Both the position numbers and the translations under genes were made by a program. The notes beneath the pieces were generated by a model, which made no database searches, had not been told where the DNA came from, and saw nothing but the letters and a program-made list of their open reading frames with translations. Shown here one piece after another: positions 17,873 to 25,973 of a stretch of 60,031 nt of DNA. The first letter of the stretch is position 1. Every line of letters starts with the position of its first letter. The DNA is from an uncultured Erysipelotrichaceae bacterium. Its GTDB lineage: Bacteria; Bacillota_I; Bacilli_A; RF39; UBA660. The stretch is from assembly GCA_902783895.1 (NCBI GenBank), contig CACZST010000025.1, positions 1 to 60,031 on the forward strand, given 5' to 3'.

Positions 17873-17897
17873 AAAAGTTTCTTCGGAAACTTTTTTT
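17873..17897 (+). terminator. Intrinsic terminator after rluA-like gene
   Basis: AAAAGTTTC, a TTCG loop, then GAAACTTTT, followed by Ts. Confidence 0.85.
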
Positions 17898-17924
17898 GAC
17901 ATTGTTTTGAATTATAAGTATACT
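17896..17924 (+). promoter_or_regulatory. Near-consensus sigma-A promoter for PIG-L/YfhO operon
   Basis: TTGACA (17896-17901), a 17-nt spacer, then TATACT (17919-17924). Confidence 0.65.
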
Positions 17925-17941
17925 TATAATAGGTGTTTATT

Positions 17942-18619
17942 ATGAAGTCAATGAAGAAAATAATTTTTTTGATAATAATTTTAGTTTTATGTTTAATAAC
18001 AATTGTTGTTTTTTTTAGACGTCCAAATTTAAGACCTGTTAAAGCACAGTTAGATCATTTAGATTTAAGTGGTTATAATAAGCTTATGATTATATCTCAT
18101 CCTACTGATGAACTTTTATGGGGTGGTGTACATTTACAAGAAGATAATTATTTGATAGTTTGTGTTTCTTGCGGTGTTAATGAAACAAGAGATTTAAGTT
18201 TTATTAGGGGAATAAATGAGACTAATGATAAATTTTTAATGATGGGATATCCTGATAATTTTTATTTAAAGCGTGATTTAAATAAAATAAATAAGAAGTT
18301 AAAAATGATTTTGGAATATAAAAATTGGGATGAGGTTATTACTCACAATCCTGATGGTGAATATGGTAATTTGCAACATAAACTTTTAAGTAAGGAAATA
18401 AAGAGATTAGTTCCTTTAGATAATTTATATTATTTTGGTAAATATTATGATAAGAAAGATTTAAATTTACTTGATAAGGAAACCAAGTTAAATAGTAATT
18501 TGCTTAAAAATAAATATGATATACTAAAAAATTATGATGATTACCGTGATTTACAAAAGAAATATGGACATATGTATCCTTTTGAGGATTGGACAAGAGG
18601 TAGTGAATGGAAAAGTTAG
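17942..18619 (+). CDS. PIG-L/LmbE-family N-deacetylase with N-terminal membrane anchor
   Basis: 'ISHPTDELLWGG' corresponds to the (A/P)HPDDE metal motif. 'HNPDGEYGNLQH' is the second His block. An N-terminal TM helix is present. ATG 17942 is preferred over GTG 17933 on SD spacing. Confidence 0.7.
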   Translation: MKSMKKIIFLIIILVLCLITIVVFFRRPNLRPVKAQLDHLDLSGYNKLMIISHPTDELLWGGVHLQEDNYLIVCVSCGVNETRDLSFIRGINETNDKFLMMGYPDNFYLKRDLNKINKKLKMILEYKNWDEVITHNPDGEYGNLQHKLLSKEIKRLVPLDNLYYFGKYYDKKDLNLLDKETKLNSNLLKNKYDILKNYDDYRDLQKKYGHMYPFEDWTRGSEWKS

Positions 18620-21120
18620 ATAAGAAGGATTATTTTAACATATTTTGGGTAATTATTGTATATTTAGGTATTGCGCTTACTATTACTCATGGTGAATTTG
18701 TTTTTGGATCTAAAATTGATTGGGGTTTTCAACATTTTGTATTTCCTGATTATTTTAGACAGTTATTTTATCAAACTGGGAATTTGTTTCCTGATTTTGC
18801 GCCAAACATAGGCGGTGGTCAAAATATATACTATTTTGCTTATTATGGTTTATTAAGCCCAGTTATTTTAATTTCCTATTTATTTCCTTTTATTCCAATG
18901 GGAATATATATTGTTTTAAGTACTTTACTTCTTGGTATTTTATCTATAATATTACTTTATAAATTTTTAAAGAATAATGGTTTTGATAAAGATTTATGTT
19001 TAGTTTTATCTCTTTTATTTGTTTGTGCGTCACCGGTTTTATTTCATGCGCATCGTCATATTATGTTTATCGATTATATGTCATTTTTAATAATGGGATT
19101 AATCGGTGTTCAAAAGTATTTTAAGGAAAATAAAAGAATTTTATTAATCATATCTATATTTTTAATGATTATGACAAGTTATTTATATAGTGTAGGAGGG
19201 TTAGTTTGTTTAACTGTTTTCGCTATTTATGAATATTTAAAGAGGGAGAAAATATCTTTAAAATCATTTACGTTTACTGGGCTTAAATATGCTGGTTTGG
19301 TTTTTATAGGAATATGTATGAGTTTAATAATATTACTTCCTGTAATGTATGCGCTTAGTAATGGCAGGGCAGAAAGTGTGATTAAGGTTGGGCTTTCTTC
19401 GGTGTTTAAGATAAATTTAAATTTAGATTATTTGCTTTATGGTAGTTATTCACTTGGACTTACTGGTATAAGTTTGATTTCTGCTATTTATTTAATCTTT
19501 AATAAGAAAAAGCAAGTTAAATTTTTAGGTATCTGTTTAAGTTTAATGATTGTTACTCCTTTAATTGTTTATTTGTTAAATGGTGGTCTTTATTTAGATG
19601 GTAAAGCTTTAATACCTTTTTTACCTTTGTTTATTTTAGCTATTGGAATATTCCTTAGAGATTTTACTTATGGTAATGTTAATTATAAGGTACTATTTGT
19701 AGTTATTTTGATAACGATTATTTGGGCTTTGTGCTTAAAGGAAGATATTGGTTATTTATATATATTTGATATTTTTATTGTTTCAATTTGTTTAATGCTT
19801 TATGTTAAATTTAAAAAAGAATGGATTATTTATATACCACTTATGATATTTGCTGTTTTAGTTTCCCTGTCTTCTAATTTAGGTGATGAATTAATTAGTA
19901 ATGATGATTATAGTAGACAAAATGATTCAAGACTTTCTGAAATAATTGAAGATATTGCAAGAAATGATAAGGATTATTACCGGCTGGCGGTTAATTTATC
20001 TGCTTCATCACAAATGGTAAATAGAATATATAATATTAATCAAAGAGTTTCTACTATTTATTCATCAACTTATAATACTAATTATAATAAGTTTTTCTAC
20101 TATTTTAATAATAATATGGCTTCAAGAAATATGTTTATTACAAACGAAACTAAAAATACATTATTTGAAATATTAATGGGTGTTAAATATTTAGTTACAG
20201 ATAAAGCAGCACCTTTAGGGTATAAACTTTATAAGAATTATGGTGAATATCAAGTTTATATTAATAAATATACTTTACCACTTGGATATTCTTCTTCTAA
20301 TTTGATTAGTAAAAAGGATTTTAATAAGTTAGAGTTTCCTGATAATATTTATGCTTTAATTAGTAGGGTTGTTTCCGATAAGACAACTGATAAATATATT
20401 AGTCCTTTTAAGAAAATTGATTTAGATTTAATGAATAGTGAAAAAAATAATATTGACATTGCTTTAGAAGGTGATGGCTATAAGGTTAATGTTTTATCTG
20501 AAGAAGGTGGAACGTTAAGAATAAGGCTTAATGAATCTGTTAAAAATAAATTTTATTTACTCAGATTTAATATGAAGAATCCTCAATCATGTAGTAAAGG
20601 TGATACGGTTATTAAGGTAAATGGTATTAATAATAAATTAACATGTAAGCAGTGGAAATATTTTAATAATAATTATACATTTGATTATACTCTTTCATCA
20701 ACTAAGAGTTTTAGATATTTGAATATTACTTTTTCAAAGGGTACTCATTATATTGATAAAGTTTTACTTTATAGTTTAGATTATGATGATATTAAAAATA
20801 TAGTTAGTACGGTTGATAAGTTTAATATAAGTCAATATAAAGGTGATAATATAAAAGGAAATATTAATGTTACTAATGATGGATACTTTGTTTTAACTTT
20901 ACCTTATGATAAAGGATTCAAAGTTAAACTTGATAACAAAGAAATTTCATATGAAAAAATAAATGAAGGATTTATTGGTTTTAAAATTGATAAAGGAAGT
21001 CATAATATTGAAGTTTCTTTCGAAGCACCTTTTGCTTTAGCTGGTAAAATATGTAGTCTATTTGGATTTGTATTGCTTATTTTAGTTTATGTATATGAAA
21101 AGAAATATCAGAGAAATTAA
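18607..21120 (+). CDS. YfhO-family polytopic membrane glycosyltransferase-like protein
   Basis: 837 aa. There are ~13 N-terminal TM segments, a large extracytoplasmic domain and a terminal TM. 'GSKIDWGFQHFVF...GGGQNIYYFAYYGLLSP' matches the conserved YfhO N-terminal block. It overlaps the PIG-L gene by 13 nt. Confidence 0.7.
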   Translation: MEKLDKKDYFNIFWVIIVYLGIALTITHGEFVFGSKIDWGFQHFVFPDYFRQLFYQTGNLFPDFAPNIGGGQNIYYFAYYGLLSPVILISYLFPFIPMGIYIVLSTLLLGILSIILLYKFLKNNGFDKDLCLVLSLLFVCASPVLFHAHRHIMFIDYMSFLIMGLIGVQKYFKENKRILLIISIFLMIMTSYLYSVGGLVCLTVFAIYEYLKREKISLKSFTFTGLKYAGLVFIGICMSLIILLPVMYALSNGRAESVIKVGLSSVFKINLNLDYLLYGSYSLGLTGISLISAIYLIFNKKKQVKFLGICLSLMIVTPLIVYLLNGGLYLDGKALIPFLPLFILAIGIFLRDFTYGNVNYKVLFVVILITIIWALCLKEDIGYLYIFDIFIVSICLMLYVKFKKEWIIYIPLMIFAVLVSLSSNLGDELISNDDYSRQNDSRLSEIIEDIARNDKDYYRLAVNLSASSQMVNRIYNINQRVSTIYSSTYNTNYNKFFYYFNNNMASRNMFITNETKNTLFEILMGVKYLVTDKAAPLGYKLYKNYGEYQVYINKYTLPLGYSSSNLISKKDFNKLEFPDNIYALISRVVSDKTTDKYISPFKKIDLDLMNSEKNNIDIALEGDGYKVNVLSEEGGTLRIRLNESVKNKFYLLRFNMKNPQSCSKGDTVIKVNGINNKLTCKQWKYFNNNYTFDYTLSSTKSFRYLNITFSKGTHYIDKVLLYSLDYDDIKNIVSTVDKFNISQYKGDNIKGNINVTNDGYFVLTLPYDKGFKVKLDNKEISYEKINEGFIGFKIDKGSHNIEVSFEAPFALAGKICSLFGFVLLILVYVYEKKYQRN

Positions 21121-21139
21121 TCGAAAGATTAATTTTTTT
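21114..21139 (+). terminator. Intrinsic terminator after yfhO-like gene
   Basis: AAATTAATC, a GAAA loop, then GATTAATTT, followed by Ts. Confidence 0.75.
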
Positions 21140-21211
21140 GTTTAAAAAAAAGGAAATAGACAAATAACCGCGTATATATATTTATGAAGGGGCAAGGAAA
21201 GGAGAGAGAAA

Positions 21212-22102
21212 ATGAAATTAATAAAAGTATTAATGATAGCTGGTTTATTTTTCTGTGGAATGATAAATTCAAAAGCTATGGAAAGTGAAAGAATAAGTTA
21301 CATTAAATTAAATAATATTTATTATAATCAGGAGGTATCAGGAAAATTTATGTCAAATCATGTTACGGCATTTAAGTTAGGCGAAAGATATGCTTATTGT
21401 ATTGAACCTGGTGTTGATATAAATGAGAGATATTATGATGTTTATAATGATTGGTCAAATATTAATTTAAGTGATTTGGTAAAAGAAAAAATAGAGAAAA
21501 TTGGTTATTATGGCTATGAATACCCTGGTCATCAGACAGATAATTATTATATCGCAACTCAAGAGTTAATATGGAAGGAAATTGATCCAACTATTAAGGT
21601 TAACTGGACTACTGGAATTAATAATAGTGGTGATGTGATTGATGTTAGTAAAGAAAAGGAGGAAATTATTAATTTAGTAAATAAAGGCTCACTTCTTCCA
21701 AGCTTTACTAATGAAGTTATTAAGGGAAAGGTTTCAGATACAATTGTACTTGAAGATAAGAATAATGTTTTAGAAAATTATGAGATTAGTGAAAGTAAAA
21801 ATCATAAGATTGAAAAGGTTGGTAATAAGCTTTATATTACATTTAATAAGGATAAAGTAGATAATGAAGAAGTTACTTTAAAAAGAAAATATTATGACAA
21901 GGAACCTCTTTTAATTTATAGTAAAGGTAATTCACAAAAACTTGCTGCGCTTAGAATTTCATTAGATAAAGATGCTAAGTTTACTTTAGAAAATTATGAG
22001 GAAATTGATGTTCCAGATACTTTATCAGATATAAATATTAATTTATTTTTAATAGTATCATTTATATGTATGGGAATTTATGTTTATGTTAAAAAAGCTT
22101 AA
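21212..22102 (+). CDS. Thioester-domain (TQXA) surface adhesin with atypical C-terminal sorting signal
   Basis: A signal peptide is present. 'RYAYCIEPG' supplies the thioester Cys and 'YYIATQELIW' the TQxxhW Gln motif. The C-terminus is 'VPDTLS', then a hydrophobic helix, then 'KKA'. Confidence 0.7.
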   Translation: MKLIKVLMIAGLFFCGMINSKAMESERISYIKLNNIYYNQEVSGKFMSNHVTAFKLGERYAYCIEPGVDINERYYDVYNDWSNINLSDLVKEKIEKIGYYGYEYPGHQTDNYYIATQELIWKEIDPTIKVNWTTGINNSGDVIDVSKEKEEIINLVNKGSLLPSFTNEVIKGKVSDTIVLEDKNNVLENYEISESKNHKIEKVGNKLYITFNKDKVDNEEVTLKRKYYDKEPLLIYSKGNSQKLAALRISLDKDAKFTLENYEEIDVPDTLSDININLFLIVSFICMGIYVYVKKA

Positions 22103-22703
22103 AACTATATGCATTTTTGTGGTATTTATTTTACAGTGGATATTTAATTTTTATATTTTAGATGAACTTCATAAAGTTAGTGATTATAAACCTACATATG
22201 TTTATAATAAAATTGGTAATCAGAAACCAATTGAAAATGTTAATAATAATCTTAATTCTGTGGAAAAAGTATCTAATAGATATGATAAGGTAATAAAAAA
22301 AGATATAAATAAAACAAATTATTTGGCTGTTATTAAGATTGATAAAATTGGTTTAAGAACTTATTTATATGATAAGAATTCTTATATGAATAATGTTGAT
22401 AAAGGGGTAGAAATACTTAAGACATCAGATATGCCTGATAGAGATAGAGGTAATTTAATTTTAGCTGCTCATAGCGGTAGTAGTTCAATCGCATATTTTC
22501 ACCGTTTAAATGAGGTTACTTTCGGAGATGTTGTTAGGATAGATTATAATAATAAAACATATGAATATAAAATATCTAAAATTTATGATATTGAAAAGAC
22601 AGGAAAACTTATTATTGATAGGGATTATGACAAATCAACTTTAACCATGATTACTTGTAAAGGTGATGATAAGCAATTAGTTGTGATTGGATATATGATT
22701 TAA
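22080..22703 (+). CDS. Sortase-family transpeptidase
   Basis: 207 aa with an N-terminal TM. 'GNLILAAHSG' holds the catalytic His and 'TLTMITCKG' the catalytic Cys. It overlaps the adhesin gene by 23 nt. Confidence 0.8.
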   Translation: MFMLKKLKTICIFVVFILQWIFNFYILDELHKVSDYKPTYVYNKIGNQKPIENVNNNLNSVEKVSNRYDKVIKKDINKTNYLAVIKIDKIGLRTYLYDKNSYMNNVDKGVEILKTSDMPDRDRGNLILAAHSGSSSIAYFHRLNEVTFGDVVRIDYNNKTYEYKISKIYDIEKTGKLIIDRDYDKSTLTMITCKGDDKQLVVIGYMI

Positions 22704-22753
22704 TTATACTTCCATAATTTAATTTTAAAATATATAATTAAATGGGTGATTAT

Positions 22754-23323
22754 ATGGAGAGAAAGAGAATTGAAGTTGAAGCAAAATTTCCACTTATTAA
22801 TAAAAAATATACTGTGGAAAAACTTGAAGAAGTTGCTAGTAAGGTAGAAAAAACTAAACAAAAAGATATTTATTATACTCCTGCACATGAAGATTTTTTG
22901 GAAAGAGATCCAATTTGTGAATGGTTTAGATTACGGTTTACTGATAACGAAAAGGTAATAACCTATAAGAATTGGAGTAATAATGGAAAAAATAATAAAA
23001 TTTCTTGCAAGGAAATTGAAGTTGGTATAGATGATTATGATGGTATGCTTGAAATTTTAAAGTCATTAGATTTTAGAAAAATTATTGAAGTTGATAAAGC
23101 CCGCAGTTCTTTTGAATATAATGGGATTATTATTTCTATTGATAGTATTAAAGATTTAGGCGATTTTATTGAACTTGAATTTAAATCTAATTTATTTGAT
23201 AATGAAGAAGATAGTTTAAAGTATATTAATGATACAATTGACAAATTAAATATTAAAGTAGGAGAGCAAATTTTTAAAGGATATCCTCAGCTTATATTAG
23301 AAAATCAGAAAAAGGTCTTATAA
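22754..23323 (+). CDS. CYTH-domain protein (class IV adenylate cyclase / triphosphate tunnel metalloenzyme family)
   Basis: 'IEVEAKFPL' is the N-terminal ExExK signature. The ~190 aa size and 'FIELEF' acidic strands fit. ATG 22754 is preferred on SD (GGGTGA) spacing. Confidence 0.7.
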   Translation: MERKRIEVEAKFPLINKKYTVEKLEEVASKVEKTKQKDIYYTPAHEDFLERDPICEWFRLRFTDNEKVITYKNWSNNGKNNKISCKEIEVGIDDYDGMLEILKSLDFRKIIEVDKARSSFEYNGIIISIDSIKDLGDFIELEFKSNLFDNEEDSLKYINDTIDKLNIKVGEQIFKGYPQLILENQKKVL

Positions 23324-23344
23324 ATTTTATAAAGACCTTTTTAT
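23311..23344. terminator. Bidirectional terminator between convergent genes
   Basis: AAAGGTCTT (23311-23319) pairs with AAGACCTTT (23332-23340). A-runs and T-runs flank it on both sides. Confidence 0.7.
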
Positions 23345-24216
23345 TAAGCATTTATATCTACTATCCATCCTTCTAGTTTTTTAGTATCGTATATTGTTAT
23401 TTTTTCTTTTTTTAATATAAGCATTGTTCCTACAATGTTTATTATTTCACCTTCAATATCGTTAGGTTCTAAAATGTATTCATAATTTTTTTCCTTTTCT
23501 TCATCGAATAACGATAGCTGACTAGAGTCTTTTAATAATATTTTTTTATTTATATCATTTATTTTTTCACAGTAATTTATTTTTGGGTTAATTAAATATT
23601 GTTTTAAGATATCAGGTAGTAAATTTTTAATTTCATTATATTCTTTTTCTAAGATATTTTTAATTTCATATTTATCTTTTTCAATTACTAAGTTTTGTAT
23701 TTTGTAGTTAGAATTTACTTGAAGGGTAGGACCAAATGTTCCAATTTTGTGTTCAATTAGTCTTGCTAATTTACCTGTGGGAGTTTTGGCAATAAACATT
23801 GATGCAATTGCACCCTGCTCTAAGATTCTTTCATATTTGCGATATTCGGCAGTAGTTCCAACTTTAAATTTATTATTTCCAAATAAGGCAATATAAATAA
23901 CGTGTGGCTGATTACAAAATTTTAAAGCTATATCATTATTTGCTTTGCATGACATTCCATCACAGCCTAGACAATTTCCAAAACCTGATAGTTTTTTACA
24001 TTCATCACATGTTTTTTCATTTTCACATAAATTGTTACATTTTTTATATTCTCTTTTTAGTAAATCATAATATCCATTACAAATTTTTTGATTTGTTTTT
24101 TTAATACTTATATTATTATTTATGTTTTTTAGTTCCATTTGTTTTGTTTCTAAATTATATAATAGAAATCTAGGAATATTATTTATCCATTTTATACCTT
24201 TAAATTGTTTTAACAT
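23344..24216 (-). CDS. Cys-rich hypothetical protein (DUF2797-like)
   Basis: 290 aa. The cluster 'CNNLCENEKTCDECKK..GNCLGCDGMSC' is followed by 'HVIYIALFGNNKFKVGTT..R...R..EQGA'. This resembles what I recall of DUF2797. No function is known. Confidence 0.45.
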   Translation of the reverse strand: MLKQFKGIKWINNIPRFLLYNLETKQMELKNINNNISIKKTNQKICNGYYDLLKREYKKCNNLCENEKTCDECKKLSGFGNCLGCDGMSCKANNDIALKFCNQPHVIYIALFGNNKFKVGTTAEYRKYERILEQGAIASMFIAKTPTGKLARLIEHKIGTFGPTLQVNSNYKIQNLVIEKDKYEIKNILEKEYNEIKNLLPDILKQYLINPKINYCEKINDINKKILLKDSSQLSLFDEEKEKNYEYILEPNDIEGEIINIVGTMLILKKEKITIYDTKKLEGWIVDINA

Positions 24217-24307
24217 TTTATACCTCTCATTTTAATTATTATAACATTTTAATTTTATGTTTTTTCATTTTTAAGTATTAAAAACATATATTTTAATGGT
24301 GAAATAT

Positions 24308-24964
24308 ATGAGATATAAGATTGCGGCTGTGAGTATTTTGATTATTTTGATTTGTTTATTTAATTTTGTTTATGCGAAAAAAAATGATTTACCACTTCTT
24401 TCAAAAGTTATATATTTAGATCCAGGACATGGTGGGATGGATAGTGGGGCATTTTATAAGGATATAAGGGAAGCTGATTTGAATTTACGTATATCTCAGA
24501 AGATAATGGAGTTTTTGAAAGAAGAAGGGGCGGTTGTTTATTTAACTAGATATGGGGATTATGATTTATCAGTGGGTAATGCGTGGAATAGAAAAAGAAG
24601 TGATTTATCTAGAAGAGCAAATATAATTAATAAATCAAATTGTGATTTGTATTTATCTATTCATTTAAATGCGTCTGATAGTACTCAGCAAAGTGGGGCA
24701 GAAGCGTATTATGATACTATTAATCCTGAAAATAGGAAATTAGCTAAAGTATTTCAAAGAGAATTTAAGAATGTTTTAAATTCTAGAAGATCATATAAAG
24801 AAAATAGTACTAAATATTTACAAAGAAGGGTTACTAGGCCGGGTGTATTACTTGAGGTTGGATTTCTTTCAAATAGTAGTGAAAGATATTTATTAAATAG
24901 TGATGATTATCAATATAAAATTGCGCAAGCTGTAAAGAATGGTGTTAATAAATATTTTAGTTGA
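24308..24964 (+). CDS. cwlD: N-acetylmuramoyl-L-alanine amidase, CwlD-like (Amidase_3)
   Basis: An N-terminal TM is present. 'VIYLDPGHGGMDSGA', 'RKRSDLSRRANIIN' and 'LYLSIHLNA' closely parallel B. subtilis CwlD. The position downstream of rpsI is conserved. Confidence 0.8.
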   Translation: MRYKIAAVSILIILICLFNFVYAKKNDLPLLSKVIYLDPGHGGMDSGAFYKDIREADLNLRISQKIMEFLKEEGAVVYLTRYGDYDLSVGNAWNRKRSDLSRRANIINKSNCDLYLSIHLNASDSTQQSGAEAYYDTINPENRKLAKVFQREFKNVLNSRRSYKENSTKYLQRRVTRPGVLLEVGFLSNSSERYLLNSDDYQYKIAQAVKNGVNKYFS

Positions 24965-25031
24965 TTAATTTTTCATTTTTTTATCATATTTCTATATGTT
25001 ATTTATGTTATAATTATTGTAGGTGAAATAT

Positions 25032-25961
25032 ATGAAGAGTAAGATATTTAAATCTTTAGATGAACAAATTGAAATTTTAAGATCTAAAGGACTAGTTGTT
25101 TCTGATGAGAAGAGGACTCGAAATATTTTATTTAGAGAGAATTATTTTTTTATTAGTGGATATAGACAATTATTTATGAAGCCTAATGAGAAAGATCGTT
25201 TTTTCCCTGGGACAACATTTGAGGAACTTTATGCAACTTTTGTTTTTGATAGACAAATAAGAAATACATTTTTTAAAAATATTTTAATTGTTGAAAATAA
25301 TATTAAATCAATTATGAGTTATCAACTATCTAAAAAATACGGTTTTAAGGAAAAAGATTATTTGAATCCAGATAACTATACTGAAGATAATTTACAATCA
25401 AGGCAGGTAAGGGATGTTTTAGATAAAGTTAAGAGACAAATAAGAGTTAATGGACGTAAGCATTCAGCAACAATGCATTATATTAACAATTATGGTTATA
25501 TTCCTTTTTGGATATTGGTAAAGGTTTTATCTTTTGGTATTATGGCTGAATTTTATAATATTTTGAAATATGAGGATAAAAAAGATATTGCTGATTATTA
25601 TAATCTTGATGTTGAAACTATGGAGATAAATTTAAATCTACTTTCTAATTTTAGAAATGTTTGCGCTCATGAAGATATTTTATATGATCATCGTCTTCAA
25701 AGGTCTATTCCAGACTGTGAATATCATGAAATGTTAGAAATTCCTATGGAGGAAGATGAGTATATTTATGGTAAAAATGATTTATTTAGTTTGGTTATAA
25801 TTTTAAAACAAATGCTTACAAAAGAAGATTTTAAAAAGCTTATTAGAGAAATAAAAAATGAAGTTAATGAATTAGATGAAGTTGTGGATGTTGTTCCACT
25901 TGAAAAGATATTAGAGCGAATTGGTTTTCCATTTAATTGGAAAGATATCGCAAATTTATAA
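25032..25961 (+). CDS. Abi_2 (AbiD/AbiF-like) abortive-infection family protein
   Basis: 'LRSKGLVVSD...ENYFFISGY', 'FEELYATFVFDRQIRN' and 'FRNVCAHEDILYD' match the conserved Abi_2 blocks. ATG 25032 follows an AGGTGA SD. Confidence 0.75.
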   Translation: MKSKIFKSLDEQIEILRSKGLVVSDEKRTRNILFRENYFFISGYRQLFMKPNEKDRFFPGTTFEELYATFVFDRQIRNTFFKNILIVENNIKSIMSYQLSKKYGFKEKDYLNPDNYTEDNLQSRQVRDVLDKVKRQIRVNGRKHSATMHYINNYGYIPFWILVKVLSFGIMAEFYNILKYEDKKDIADYYNLDVETMEINLNLLSNFRNVCAHEDILYDHRLQRSIPDCEYHEMLEIPMEEDEYIYGKNDLFSLVIILKQMLTKEDFKKLIREIKNEVNELDEVVDVVPLEKILERIGFPFNWKDIANL

Positions 25962-25973
25962 TTGGAGGTAAAT

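Noticed and set aside
22700-24104. Short ORFs 22700..22888(-), 23035..23244(-) and 23904..24104(+)
   Set aside because: Each overlaps a longer ORF with recognisable motifs (sortase/CYTH/Cys-rich protein). They are F/I/L/S-rich translations typical of AT-rich antisense frames.
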